From Selaginella moellendorffii (lineage: Eukaryota > Plantae > Lycopodiophyta): 64,000 nucleotides of DNA. The notes under the pieces were generated by a model, which searched no databases, was not told the DNA's origin, and saw only the letters and a program-made list of their open reading frames with translations. A program made the position numbers and the translations under genes. Positions 1 through 12,922 of the stretch are shown in pieces. Within the stretch, counting starts at the first letter, position 1. Each line of letters starts with the position of its first letter. The stretch is taken from the NCBI RefSeq assembly GCF_000143415.4, contig NW_003314292.1, forward strand, positions 443,178-507,177, read 5' to 3'.

Positions 1-601
1 CTGGACAAGAAAATTGTGTTGGACCGACTAAAATCTGTGCTGGAGTGGGAATCCAGTACTGTCCTTCGGAAAGCCTTCCTTTGCACCGCTGAAGCCGCTC
101 TACTTCGTAAGCCTTCTTTATCTCGTCGTCACTTGTCTGGACTGGGGGACCGATGCTTAGTGCCACTGTTACGTTACTGCTCCCAATTCCATCACTTTTA
201 GTCGAATCCTGGTCTTCTTCTTCTTCTTCATTTTCTTCCCGATACAAAGGCTGTAGGATGGGAGTCGATATTGGTAGGATTTCCTTCTTTGGATCAGCAC
301 GAGGCCCCAGGCTCAGAAAAGGCAATGTCTCCTCCTTGGAACTGGATGGCGAGGCCTGCACTGAAACATATGGGGTGTCCGATTGCTGCGCTTCTGTTTT
401 GATCCCGGGCGACGAAGAAGCCTTCCAAGGAAATGTTTTGACACGAGCGTCGAAGAACGGAATAGCAACTGGCAGCTGCGAGACGGGTTGACTCACGTAA
501 GGCTTGAGCCATTCCGAGAACCTGAGCGAATAGGCAGGAAGAAACCGAGTGTGCTGCTGAACCACAGTGACAGAATTCTCTCCATTGTATCTAGAGTTCA
601 T
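1..601 (-). CDS. 5' part of a probable WIP-family C2H2 zinc-finger transcription factor (runs off the window's left edge)
   Basis: Own translation from ATG at 601: MNSRYNGENS...RFSEWLKPY...EENEEEEEDQD...SNVTVALSIGPP..., open to base 1. VTVAL(S/H)IG(P/L)P after an acidic patch is typical of WIP/TT1/NTT N-termini. The zinc fingers themselves lie outside the window. Confidence 0.6.
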   Translation of the reverse strand, partial: MNSRYNGENSVTVVQQHTRFLPAYSLRFSEWLKPYVSQPVSQLPVAIPFFDARVKTFPWKASSSPGIKTEAQQSDTPYVSVQASPSSSKEETLPFLSLGPRADPKKEILPISTPILQPLYREENEEEEEDQDSTKSDGIGSSNVTVALSIGPPVQTSDDEIKKAYEVERLQRCKGRLSEGQYWIPTPAQILVGPTQFSCP

Positions 602-1596
602 TCTCCTGCGATCAAGTAGCAAAACCGTGAGACACTCCACACATCTAAAGGCCGAAAGCCTACCTTTCAAAAGCACAGAGCTCTACAGCAAGGGTGAATT
701 GGAATCAGAGGTTAGAGGTGCTGAAGACCATTATCGGTGTTGAGCTAAACTGGTTACATCGGCACGTGGGCAACCACATACGTACATATTTATCGATGTC
801 CGCAAGAAAACACATACAGTGCGAGGACTGCGAGCTTTTGCTCGATAGAGCGAGAGCAGAGAGGAAGAGAGAAAGAGAGTGCGAGCTAGAGTGGCGGTGT
901 GGCAGCTCTATCGGACAACAGACGGTGTGGAAAAGGGAGCTGAATAGAGACAAATAATTGAAAAGAGAATTGCAAAGACAAGCCCGGGTGGTGTGAAGGA
1001 ACGATGGAAAAGCCGGGTGAGAGTGGGACCCGAGGAATCAAAAACTGATCGGTGACACGATGGGGAGTGAGGAACGTTTGGAGCAACACGTACTCAAAAC
1101 GAGGAGGAAACGTAGTCCTAGAAATTCAAGAGGGTAAAAAGAAAAACTTAGCTGATCTCGAGCAGAGTGCTTGTAGTAGCAGAAGCAGCAGCAGCAGCAA
1201 GATCCACTTGTTTGCTCGGTAGACCTCCTTTCAACATCCTGTCAAAGCCGCCACCACCACAGGATTAGAACATATCAACAGTCTTATAGCACAACGTCAC
1301 GGGACACAGACCATCTCCAGGTGGGACCAGTTTGTCAACTGTAGATAACAAGTGTTCTTCACGAACTGAGAGGCCGGTCAGCAAGACTATGCACCGCACG
1401 CTTATAGGAAACAAACAAAACACGAGTCCAAACACCATTCAGCGGTAAAGAAAGCAAAAACAAAGCTAAAGGTTTCAACCAATGCATTGATAAATACGTA
1501 GCTGCGAGTTACTTGCTCCTACAAAACCAGTCAAGAAAACATGCACAGCGGAAGAAGTTGACAACAAAGAGTCGGCCAGTTTGAGACAAATGATAA

Positions 1597-2179
1597 ATGC
1601 TTAACTTAAGGACAGCAGCATTCGCCTCGATCGAGAGAGAAAGCGATTCGTCTGTTCATGCAACGAGCATAGCCGTAGCACCCATGAATGATCTATAGAT
1701 CGCACAGTTAAAGTTTGCCGTGTTCTGTGAGCAACAAGAAAGAAAAAGCCAGCTTGATGTATATGCTTAACTTAACCACGGCAGCATTCTCCTCCACCAA
1801 GAGTCTTTGATTTGTCTGTTCATGCGACGAGCGTATGCGTAGCACCCATGAATGATCTTAAATCGCACACTAAAAGTTTGCCGTGTTCTGTGAGCAACAA
1901 GAAAGAAATCAAATGAAAAAGAAAGAAGAAAACTGGTACTAGAGAGAGTACCTTGCTTGATGCTTATATGCTTAACCATGGCAGCATTCGCCTCCACCAA
2001 GAGAATCTTGGATTTGTCTGTTCATGCGACGAGCGTATGCGTAACACCCATGAATGATCTTAGATCGCAGACTAAACGTTTGCCGTGTTCTGTGAGCAAC
2101 AAGACCGAAAAAAAAGAAATTGAAAAAGAATGAAGAAAACAGGTACTAGGCTAGAGAGAGTACCTTGCGTGATGCTTAA
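1597..2179. repeat. Three imperfect tandem copies of a ~170-205 bp unit
   Basis: The block ATGCTTAAC...GCAGCATT...GTCTGTTCATGC.ACGAGC...CACCCATGAATGATCT...GTTTGCCGTGTTCTGTGAGCAACAAGA recurs at ~1597, ~1763 and ~1968. The tail GGTACTAG..AGAGAGTACCTTGC.TGATGCTTA occurs at ~1934 and ~2142. Confidence 0.9.
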
Positions 2180-3079
2180 AGTTCTTCGTAGTCAAAGGAG
2201 GCTATTGAGAAGCTGTTATCGATGCGTCCATCCAGGCTAGGCTCCCTGGAAAAATGTGAAGTACACATGGAAGAAATTTTCACGAACGACAATTCTCGGA
2301 AGATTTTACCTGGTGGAGTCAAGCCTGCCATCGCAGCGGCGCAAAGGATACTGTCAGGAAGGATGAAATCGACATGCGGCAAAGAAGCGCCACATCTCTT
2401 TTTTAAAAGCTCGCCGATCGATCCGACCCCGCCGAGTAAAAAAGATTAGAAATCTAGATCGAATCGAGGCGAGGCGAGGCGAACTTACATTTTCTTTATA
2501 GTTGCCCCTCCTCGATCGGCGGCTCCAGCGCCAGAAAACAACGCGATCTTTCCCCCAATTCTTTAGAACCCTAAATCCCGTTGAAGAAGCATATACCAAA
2601 ATTGTGCTTGGCCAAATGGCCAATGGTCCATGGTCAATAGAACTCCCTTCGGCAATGTCAACTTCAAAGACTTCTTCGTGTACACCTCCACCATGTGGAG
2701 GTAACATTGAGTTCCAATAGGTGGAAATATATTAATGGTTCTCTTATCAGCTAATGGATTCGCATCTAACGTCATGTTTTGTATTTTCGAGATAGAATCT
2801 AGCACAGCATCAATGGATATGCCAAGGCATCTTCGGCAAAGGCCACGTGTCCGTAGGTTTTAGAGCATATTCCTGGGTATAGGGGAGAAATTTTAAGCTT
2901 CTTTCTCAAAGGTCGGATTTCTGGGGACGGCGCTAGCTCCAGCGCTCTTGCGGCATCATCCGGGCGCTTAAATATCGATCGCTCGCAAGGCATCGCCACC
3001 GATCTGAGCGAGAATAGGTTCGTAAGGGTCAGTAATCCGCTAGATCTGTCCGTCGCGGCAGCGCCCGGCTCTAGCGATC

Positions 3080-6000
3080 ATGATCGACACCACAGACGAT
3101 ATTGCGGAGGAGATTTCGTTCCAGTCCTTCGAGGATGACTGCCATCTCCTGGGAAATCTCCTCAATGACTGCTTGCAACGCGAGGTGGGGCACGAATTCA
3201 CCGAGAAGGTGGAGCGTCTTCGCGTCCTGGCACAGGTGAGTTCTTATCTTATCTCCATTCGTTTGTGTTGTCTTTATATCTCACTGTGGCTTTTGGATTT
3301 TATAGAGTGCTTGTAACATGCGAGCTGCCGGGGTTGACGACGCATCCGAATGGCTTTCCAGAAAATTGAGGGACGAGCTGGAGAACATGAGCTCGGAGGA
3401 GGCTGTGCCTTTAACCAGAGCTTTCAGCCATTACCTCAATCTCATGGGCATAGCTGAGACTCACCACCGGTACGTGCTGTGCTTTTTCCTTTCCTTCACT
3501 TTTTCTCACTAAAAGTGTCAACAACCTTAAATGCAGGGTGCGTCGCAACCGATCCACGCCGGTGCTGTCCAAATCCTGCGACGATGTTTTCGAAAAGCTG
3601 ATTCAAACCGGTTATTCTCGTGAGGAAGTGTATGAGGCAGTGTGCAAGCAGGTCATTCATTTTCGTTGTGAAGTTTCCTGCGATGTGACGATTTTCTGTC
3701 TTCTCTGACCAGGAGGTTGAAATAGTTCTAACAGCGCACCCCACACAAATCAACAGGCGTACGCTACAGTACAAGCATGTCCGCATTGAGGTTAGAATAT
3801 ATTTTGTTTTGAAAAAAGCTCATGCTTATCTATCTGCGCAGCATTTGCTGGAAAGGAATGATCGACCGGATTTGACGCACGAAGAGAAAGAGCAAGTTTA
3901 CGAGGATCTGGTAAACTGTTTTTCTATTGGTAGAAAGAACTGATCGGCAATGTCTTGCTTTACAGGTGAGAGAGATTACAGCCCTGTGGCAAACAGACGA
4001 GCTAAGACGACGTAAACCGACTCCTGTGGACGAAGCTCGTGCAGGTCGATTGCCTCGAGTTTGGAATATTGTTCTGATATTGTTTCTTTACTTGAGTTTA
4101 GGCTTGCATATAGTTGAGCAGTCGTTATGGAAGTCTGTGCCGCAATATTTGAGACGAGTGAGCACTGCTCTCAAAAAGGTACATATAAGTGGTTGATGAT
4201 TCTGTACACTAAAAAGATTGACTCTTTAGCACACTGGTAAACCACTGCCTCTCTGTTGCACGCCCATAAAATTTGGCTCCTGGATGGGTGGCGACAGGGA
4301 CGGAAACCCAAATGTAACTGCCAAGGTACTCGATTGACGTCTCGCCCCTTGGACGTCATAACTAACCGACTGATTTTTTGCAGGTGACAAAAGATGTCTG
4401 CCTATTAGCGAAGTGGATTGGTGCAGATTTATATCTGCGAGAACTTGATGCTTTAAAATTTGAACTTTCAATGAGCAATGGCAACGAAAAACTTATTCGT
4501 ATGGCTTATCAAGTTCTTTCGGAAGGTATATGTTTTCTATTTTTCTTAGTACTGACGAGTAGTTTCCTTCAAGAGCATGGACAGACGGAAGAACACCATC
4601 GAAGTCATGCAAGACACACAGAGCACCATAATTTTGCGCTTCCTGTTCACCTTCCAGCTGGAGCAGATATGTGCGCTTCTACTGGTAACTATAATGCCAA
4701 ACTTCTAAGCTGTTGTAATAACAAAAAGCCCAGAGGTCGATGGAGAGGCTCAATTACCGTCTTTGAAACTCCCGTTCAACCAACAAACTTATCAGGTACA
4801 TCTTTGTGTTTGCTTTGCCTCTAGATTAACTTCCCTTATAACAGGCTCTGACGGCCAAAGAGGCCACATCCTCCCCTAGAGCTGTGAAAACGGAGACAGA
4901 GAACGGGCTCCCTCCAACCCCCGTCACCCCAAGGAAAAAACCCGGATCTGAAGTTCGCTCCAGCCTTGAGAAACTCTTAAATCCAGGTTTGGAAGCTCGA
5001 CATATGGATTCTCCATACCGAATTGTTCTTGGACACGTGAGGGATAAGGTGAGAAGGATATTTGATTTGTTTGTTTGTCGATTGACTATCTCACATGTCA
5101 CTCGGACAGATATTTAGCACTAGACGACGCCTCGAGGACATACTGAATGGTTTGCCAACCGATTACGAACCCGGCCAGTACTACGAATCAGCAGATCAGC
5201 TTTTGGAGCCACTATTGCTTTGCCACGAATCTCTGGTATGTGCGTTATATTTTGATGTTGCCGGCTGATCCAGCGCTCTTTTCAGCAATCGTGCGGCTCC
5301 GACGTTTTAGCGGATGGAAAGCTGGCAGATCTGATTAGAAGAGTGGCAACGTTTGGTTTAACGCTGATGAAGCTGGACCTTCGTCAGGTAATGAAATGCA
5401 CTTGGAAGTCCAAAAAAGCTCACACTTGTTTAATAGGAAGCCGATAAGCATACAGAGGCCTTGAATGCAGTAACTGAGTTTCTTGAAATGGGGACTTATA
5501 GTCAGTGGGATGAAGAAAAGAAACTGGACTTCCTGACATCCGAGCTGAAAGGCAAACGACCGCTTCTTCCTCCTTCAATTGAGGTTTTATTTTATAATGT
5601 TTCTTTTCCTGAAAGCAAAACATTTTTTAATCCCCCGTAATGTCTCAGGTGTCCAGAGAGGTTCAAGAAGTTTTGGATACATTCCGTGTAGCTGCAGAAC
5701 TTGGAAGCAATTCTCTTGAAGCGTATGTTATCTCCATGGCTTCAGAGGTCAGTCTTGTCTTCTTTTTTTTTTTTTGGTTTTTGTAAATAATTCCCGAAAT
5801 TCTGCTACAGGCTAGCGACGTTCTTGCTGTGGAGTTGTTGCAAAAGGAAGCACGACTTATTGTGAGCGGGGAGCAAGGCAGGCCTTGTCCAACCGGATCG
5901 TAAGCTTCCCAGTTACACGTTGGTTATCACTTACATCACTGTTTGTAACAGGCTCCGGGTTGTGCCACTCTTCGAAACCGTAAAAGATTTAAGAGATGCC

Positions 6001-7223
6001 GGTACGGTTATCCGCAAGCTTTTACGGATTGACTGGTATCGAGCACACCTAATTGCAAATCACGATGGACATCAAGAGGTATACTTTTTCTTTTTGTCAC
6101 GAGAGCTTGGATTAATCTCTTCCTCCGCAGGTGATGCTTGGCTACTCGGACTCCGGCAAGGATGCCGGCAGGTTTTCGGCAGCCTGGGAGCTATACAAAG
6201 CACAGGAGGACGTAGTGGCTGCGTGTAAAGAGCACAACATCAAAGTCACACTCTTTCATGGACGAGGTGGAAGTGTTGGACGTGGAGGCGGGCCTACTTA
6301 TCTCGCTATTCAATCTCAGCCTCCGGGATCTGTCATGGTATGAACTGTTTCATGTGAGTATCCATGGTCACTGATTGTTACTTCAAATGTATCAGGGATC
6401 TCTGAGAGTGACAGAACAAGGAGAGATGGTCCAGGCGAAGTTTGGCGTCCCGCAGACAGCAGTCCGGCAGCTCGAGATCTACACGACTGCGGTACTTTTA
6501 GCCACACTCAATCCTCCAGACCCTCCACGCTCCGAGAACTGGCGGCTGATCATGGAAGAAATCTCCGACGCAAGCTGCACAAACTACCGCGACGTCGTTT
6601 TCAAGAACGAGCACTTCATCCCATACTTCCACGAGGCGACTCCGGAGGCCGAGCTCGGCAACCTCAACATTGGAAGCCGTCCAACTCGACGCAAAAAGGC
6701 GGGCGGCATCTCCCAGCTCAGAGCCATCCCGTGGATCTTCGCGTGGACGCAGACGAGATTCGTCCTCCCCGCTTGGCTCGGCGTCGGCGCAGGCCTGGAG
6801 AAAGTTTTCCTCGAGGGCCACAAGGAAGAGCTCCAGGCCATGTACAGGGAGTGGCCGTTCTTCCAGTCGACCATCGATCTCATCGAGATGGTTCTCGCCA
6901 AGGCCGACCCGTCCATCGCCAAGTACTACGACGACGTGCTCGTGAGCTCCGCGGCTCGCAAGGAGCTGGGAGAGGAGCTCCGCCAGGCCTTCCACACGAC
7001 CGCAAAGTACGTCCAGGAGCTCAGCGGCCACCAGAAGCTGATCGAGAACAACAAGACGCTGCGGCGGCTGGTCGAGAGCCGGCTTCCATATCTCAATCCC
7101 ATGAACATGCTCCAAGTGGAGGTGCTGCGAAGATTGCGCCAGGACGAAAACAACCAGAAGCTCCGCGACGCGCTGCTCATCACCATCAATGGAATCGCCG
7201 CTGGAATGCGAAACACTGGCTGA
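3080..7223 (+). CDS. PPC4: Bacterial-type phosphoenolpyruvate carboxylase (BTPC), about 20 exons
   Basis: N-terminus [21 protein letters not shown]; motifs [47 protein letters not shown] and LRAIPW. The C-terminal RNTG (not QNTG) and the absence of the N-terminal SIDAQ phospho-site mark the bacterial-type clade. GT-AG introns can be traced. Confidence 0.97.
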
Positions 7224-7529
7224 GAGGAGCTACGGTACTCCTTTCTCTCGATTATAAATTCTTCCTGGAGGTTTGCTCTTTCCTTTCTCTTGGATTTCTC
7301 TGGACTGATCCTTTCACTCTTTTCAGGGACTGCTTCCTTCCTTTTGCCCACCGAGTGTATGATATGAAGAACACCGAGTATATGATTACAATAAAAAGTT
7401 TTAAATTTGAATTTCCCGCAACTTCTTAAAGTTAAAATTCCCTCCAGGAAAAATATTTAGGGCAAATGGTTTAGGGTTCTTCATGGAGCTCGGAGCGCCA
7501 GGGTAGGCTCTGGATTGATCAGGGCAACA

Positions 7530-8927
7530 ATGCTGCGCTGCAGTAGCAAGCCACTGGAAATCTGTGGGAGCTTTCTGGCGCTGGCGCTGCTGCTCGGGCT
7601 AGGGATCGACACGGTGCTGGCCCTTGGCGCCATGACGACCTTGGCGGCGATGCGCGGCAGCTTCACTGACGCCAAGAACTCGTTCGCGCTATGCGTTCTC
7701 CGCGCTGGCACAATGCAGCCTTTCTGCTGGGGTACCTTTGTCATCGACAGCAACATCTCCCCGCCAGGGAATTCCCTGCTCTGGGCGATGAATGGGGGCG
7801 CCTACTTCGCTTGCGGCCTCCGGGCGGATTCACGGTCTCCTCTCTGCTGGGGGCAATCGCCAGGCAGCGATGTCCCGGACGAATTCAAGAACGTCAGCTA
7901 CGCGGAGATCAGCTGTGGCGGTTGGCACGCCTGCGCTGTGCGGTCCAATTCCTCCTCCACCGCTCCAGGCCAGATCGATTGCTGGGGCGCCAGCGATTTC
8001 GGTCAGATCAGCCGCCCGGATCGCCCCTCTCAGATGGTGTCCATCACTGCCGGGGACTACTTCTCGTGCGCATTGGTTGCTTCCACGAGGCGGCCGAGGT
8101 GCTGGGGGAAGATCTCCAAGTCCGGCAACACCACGGAGGTGATTCCTCACGACTCGGTGTTCTTCCGGATCTTCGCTGGAAGAACTCACGTCTGTGGCAT
8201 TTTGCTCGCGAGCCGCGAGGCTCTTTGCTGGGGGAACAACGAGTCCGGCCAGTGTGATCCTCCAAAGGGTCTCTCCTTCGCGACTCTAGCCGCCGGGATC
8301 GACCACTCTTGCGGGATCCGAGACGATTCTCACGAGGTGGTGTGCTGGGGGGATAACAGGCACGGTCAGCTGGAAGTTCCATCGGATCTAAAGTTCTCCA
8401 CGATAGCGGCAGGGGATTTCTACACTTGCGGGGTAACCCTGGGCGAGCGCCAACTTTTGTGCTGGGGAAGCGCCAGAGCTCCGAAAACTATCCGAGTGAA
8501 AGATGGACTTTGCGTGGCCGATTGCGAGCACGACCAGTACGATCTCATGAACACCGACGTCAAGGACTGCGCCGGACCCGAGGAGAAGATCTGTTTGCCG
8601 TGCGCGAGGTGCAAGGCTGGGAGCTACGAGACATCGCCCTGCGTTCCTTTCAGTGACAGGAGCTGCTCTAGCTGCAAGTGGTGTTTCTCGAGGGAGAAGC
8701 GGGATCACCCGTGCCGGCGAACTTGTCCAGCGCCGCGGAGCTTGTCGATCTCGGGACCGCAACCATCCGCCGCTGTAGCTTCGGAGCCAGCTGCTTTGGA
8801 TTCTGGCAACGTGACCTTTCGACCACCGGTCGTCGAGCACTCTGATCAAAGTTTCAAGCGTTACCGGGACGTGAACGGAGTAATGCTGGTGATCACCATC
8901 TCTTTGGTTACAATCTTCACAGCCTAA
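7530..8927 (+). CDS. CRINKLY4-like receptor ectodomain (signal peptide, crinkly/RCC1-like repeats, TNFR-like Cys region, TM) ending without a kinase
   Basis: LGAMTTLAA after the signal peptide; repeated G..(H/F)(T/S/A)CG....CWG units; C..C..G.YETSPC...SDRSC; hydrophobic C-terminal segment followed by TAA. Confidence 0.85.
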   Translation: MLRCSSKPLEICGSFLALALLLGLGIDTVLALGAMTTLAAMRGSFTDAKNSFALCVLRAGTMQPFCWGTFVIDSNISPPGNSLLWAMNGGAYFACGLRADSRSPLCWGQSPGSDVPDEFKNVSYAEISCGGWHACAVRSNSSSTAPGQIDCWGASDFGQISRPDRPSQMVSITAGDYFSCALVASTRRPRCWGKISKSGNTTEVIPHDSVFFRIFAGRTHVCGILLASREALCWGNNESGQCDPPKGLSFATLAAGIDHSCGIRDDSHEVVCWGDNRHGQLEVPSDLKFSTIAAGDFYTCGVTLGERQLLCWGSARAPKTIRVKDGLCVADCEHDQYDLMNTDVKDCAGPEEKICLPCARCKAGSYETSPCVPFSDRSCSSCKWCFSREKRDHPCRRTCPAPRSLSISGPQPSAAVASEPAALDSGNVTFRPPVVEHSDQSFKRYRDVNGVMLVITISLVTIFTA

Positions 8928-9560
8928 ACGTAAGCGTCTTTCAAACTTGCTTTCCTTTTTCTCGTTGGTACTTAACATCGAACTTTTTTTCTGCGAAAGC
9001 AGGGCAAAGTTTTGCGAGCTGACATCGAACCGTCAGATCGGTCTGTCGGTACCAGTGAGAAAATAAAAACTACGTATAAAATCGTGGAAATGGAAAGGGA
9101 ATGTCAACCTTTGTTGGTAAGCTTTCCAGTTTCCATGTTCTCATAGGTAGATCTAACAAGCAACATTGTTGTGTCAGTGCTGCTAGCTCCATAATTTTTG
9201 GCGTCCGGAAGAATTTGAGCTGGTTTTCAAGCTCTCGAATGTCAGCCATCTTCTCGTTCTTACGGTAAGAAAGAATTGTTTCAGGTAGGAAAAGCTATGG
9301 TTCTCTTTGCTCTTGATTCTCAAGCTCCGATTTTTCTATTCGGTGCCTTTAAAGCCTGATGCGATGCTACAGCTGAGATCTCTTGGGCCATTTTGATTGA
9401 TTGACTTCCAGCTAGCAAACTCCAACAAAGACTACAGTGATTTTCATCAAAGCTCCGCGGCATCGCAAAAGGCATCGAGAATTCTCGCGAGCGCGCCAAG
9501 AAACTCCGTTAAAATTTGTTAGAAGGGGATATTCGTCCGGCGGCCCACCGAAACCATGTG
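8928..9560 (+). pseudogene. Heavily decayed kinase-domain remnant downstream of the CR4-like ectodomain
   Basis: GTAAG donor directly after the stop. Short fragments EEFELVFKLSNVSH and LRGIAKGIENS loosely match FDKELELLARTHH and AARGLEYLH of the paralogue. Multiple stops. Confidence 0.4.
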
Positions 9561-9949
9561 AGAAGCACCGAATAAAATTTGTGCCAGGAGAGCAAAAAAA
9601 GGAGTGATTTGACTCGCAAATTCTGTGCGCTCCCCAGCTCTCAATTGATCGTGAGAAAGTGACAAACGAAACGAGGACGAAAGAAAGCCCTAAATCTAAA
9701 CTTCGCTACCAAATTGGAAGGGAAGGGGGGAAGAACAAATCCATGCTTTTGTTGCTGCTTCTACACACCGACATACACCGCCAAGAATTTAACCCATGGC
9801 GCAAAGTTCTTCGTTTCCTCTCTCTTTTTTTCCCTCTCTTTTGCCCCCAACTTTGTTTGCTTTTGCCTTTAAGAACAGGGTCTTATAATTTCCAGGAGGC
9901 CGCGGGGAGTTCGCAAGCACGATAGAGAAAAAAAAAAAAAAGGCGTAGA

Positions 9950-10744
9950 ATGAGATCAGCAGTAGTAGCCACGATCTTCCTTGTGCTCGCAGTGGTACCA
10001 GGTACACACCGCAAAACATTCTCCCCGAATTCTAGCTATCAGGATCTTTCTTGGGTCTCGGCATTGATTGATTTCCTGGTTTTCCCATCGCGAATCCGCG
10101 TGATCAGAGCTGCTGGGCAGCTGCATTTCCGCTTAGACTCCCCAATTCGCCATCTAAGCCCCGATCTGGCCACGAGATATTTGCTTGTGGGCAGTGTGCC
10201 AATCGGGGGAAAATTCGCTTGTGGGTGACTGAATTCCTGCTCGATCGCCTTGTGGGCACTTGCATTCTTGCCTGGAATCCACTCCCCAGCCTCCAAAACC
10301 TCCGATCTCGCTGACCCAGTTGTGGATTTGGTTCTTGTCCACAGGTGCTCTGTTCCAGGACGCTGGAGCGCCTCCTCCTCCAACCTGGTGCATAGCGCAG
10401 CGCCGGGCGAGCCTCGCGCAGCTCCAGGTCGCGCTGGATTGGGTGTGCGGCCCCGGACAGGCGGATTGCACCAACATCATGGCCGGGCAGCCCTGTTTCC
10501 TCCCGGACAATTCCAGGGGCCACGCTTCCTACGCTTTCAATAACTATTACCTCAAGAACAACAAGGCCTATGGATCTTGCAACTTCTCGTTTCTAGCCAC
10601 CGTGACCACCCATGATCCAAGTATGATCTCTTCTTCTTCTTCTTCTTTTCTGGGTTTTGGTTTGATCCTTCCTTCGATTCTACTAAAATTTCTACTTCTT
10701 TGGCTCTAGGCTATGGATCGTGCTACTATCCCTCGCATCTGTGA
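9950..10744 (+). CDS. Secreted X8 (CBM43, callose-binding) domain protein; exons ~9950-10001, 10345-10620, 10710-10744
   Basis: Signal peptide followed by WCIA...LQVALDWVCGPGQADC..I..GQPCF.PD....HASYAFNNYY......GSCNF...A......DPSYGSCYYP, the canonical X8 pattern. Confidence 0.92.
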
Positions 10745-10927
10745 CACCAATCTCACCGAAATCTATGTATCAATCATGGATTGCTTGGCTGGATGATCCG
10801 GGAAATACTTTTGTAATCGTTGAGTAAAAATCGAATCAAAGCACCTTATAAGAATATTCACGTTCAAAATGATGCCAGGAATATGCTTAGTGATAAGTTT
10901 GCTTATTAGGGTTTTAGAGAGGCGGGA

Positions 10928-12798
10928 ATGGAGTGCCTACATCCATGGCGGCATTCCATCGGCATCGATTGGCGCAGGAGATCTGGAGCTCAGATTCTCG
11001 GGCCTGCGCGGCCGTTCCAGGTGAGCAAGCCCTTGGCGGCGCGGGCAAAATGCGCCAGGGCTTTGATGGATCGAGAGGAAATTTGTGGGATTGGAGGAGT
11101 AGACGCGATGCCTACATTGCGAGATCTCTGTGGGAGCAAGGTGCCTTCTCATGTCTTGGACAGGTAGTTTGTTTCCCTGAGGGCGTTTCAGATGGGATTT
11201 CTAATTTTTTCTTCTTCCAGAGCAGAAGAAGCTGGGCTTAGATTTCCAACGCAAGTCCAGATGGAGGCTCTTCCAGTGGCACTCGAGGGACGGGATTGTA
11301 TTCTCCACGCACAGGTGCGTATAATGCTTGTTTTAATCCCCCCCTTCCCCCCCCCCCCTCCTTTTTTTTTCTACTAAGCTTTGAGCAGACAGGCTCCGGC
11401 AAAACTCTAGCATATATGCTGCCGATATTGAGCAAAATCTCGTGCCAGAGATCAGCAGTACAAGCTATTGTCGTGGTTCCCACTAGAGAACTTGGTATTC
11501 AGGTAAGGAAAGTGATTTTACTTGATGTTTCTTATCCTTTCTTTTAGGTGGCTCAAGTTGCTAGATTGCTTGGTGGTGGTGTAGTCCTGGAAGAAACCGA
11601 TGAGATAGACACCGGAAAGCGGACTTCCGTGAGCGTCATGACTTTACTCGACGGTGGAACCTCAAGCAGGCAAAAGAAGTGGCTGAGAGCTGCTCCCCCT
11701 CAGCTAGTAATTGGGACGCTCTTCACAGTTTGCAGGATGATCGAGACTGGAAACTTGAAGCTAAACGCGGTGTCCACAATTGTGGTCGATGAGGTAGAAT
11801 CAAATTTATCCATGAATGGGAATGTGTTTAAGCAGTGTCTTGCTTGGTTGCAGCACAGGTAGATACGGCTGTGCACAAAGGAACACAAATTCTCGTGTCG
11901 AATCTTCTCACCAAGTATTCTTTTGCGGAAAAGCGGCAAACCATCTTTGCCAGTGCTACTGTGCCTCAACACAATCGGTTTATCCACGATTGCGTCCAGA
12001 ACAAGTGGACCAAGGTAAGCTCTTCACAACTCACACTGTTCAATCCATTAATGCTTTCTTCTTCTTTTGTAGCCCAAGATCGTACATATCTACGTCCGGC
12101 CAGAAGTGAAAATGCCATCCAATCTTTCTCACAGATATGTGGTAAGCTCTCCCTAACAATATGAATTCTACAAACTTGTTTTCTGTGCCTACAGATATGT
12201 GGAAACGAAGACAAACTTAGTGTTTTGCATGCGACCATCATGGCCGACGCTCCAAAAGCAGCGTTTGTTTTCGCCAATGAGCAAGTAAGTCACTATCTTT
12301 GCTATTCTCGTACTAAGGCTCCTGCTGTAGTCAGAAAAGGGGAAGAGAGAGGGGCTGGTTCCCAGAACAAGAGCAATGCTAGATTTCTTCGAGCAAAAGA
12401 AGGAAGAAATGCCCGAGTCGGAGGCAAGCCAGTGGGAGCTGCTGATACTGGAGGAGTGCATGAACATCCACGCGAGATTTGCAAACTCTCGGGTAAGTTT
12501 GTGTACCAGCTGCTTCCGATCTCTAAAACCATCCACGCAGAAGCTCAAAGACAGCAAGTTCCTACTGTTTGCGACGGACTTAGCTGCCAGAGGACTCGAC
12601 GTCCCGGAAGTCACTCACGTCTACAACTTGGAGCTGCCTTCGAGCACCGTGGCGTACATCCACCGCGCCGGACGAACAGCCCGCAAGCCGCTGGAAGACG
12701 AGCAGTGCGTGGTCACGACGCTGTTAAGCGAGCGAGAGGAGTTCGTGATACGCAAGCTGGAGAACGAGATCGATTGCAACTTCGAGCTCGTGAAGTGA
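10928..12798 (+). CDS. RH58: DEAD-box ATP-dependent RNA helicase, plastid RH58-like, multi-exon
   Basis: Q motif PTQVQ, AQTGSGKT, PTRELG, DEVD, SAT, ARGLD and YIHRAGRT; transit-peptide-like N-terminus; [10 protein letters not shown] typical of RH58. Confidence 0.88.
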
Positions 12799-12922
12799 CA
12801 CGATCTACTCGAGGCAAGCTTTCCGGATGTTTACAAATGGATCTGTCTAGTTTTTGTAAGTTTCTCGTTCTTATTCTTGTTATTGATTAACGACCGATTC
12901 ATGGACAGTTGGACTTGGTCTT

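Noticed and set aside
1597-2179. CRISPR-like array
   Set aside because: Eukaryotic context, units about 200 bp with homologous rather than unique spacers, and no cas genes.
2176-2999. Short ORFs upstream of PEPC
   Set aside because: No recognisable domain or consistent exon chain.
3080-7223. Horizontal transfer of a bacterial ppc gene
   Set aside because: The intron-rich gene belongs to the well-known plant BTPC clade.
6498-7429. Long alternative-frame and antisense ORFs over the last PEPC exon
   Set aside because: Shadow ORFs caused by high GC3 in the real coding frame; no independent motifs.
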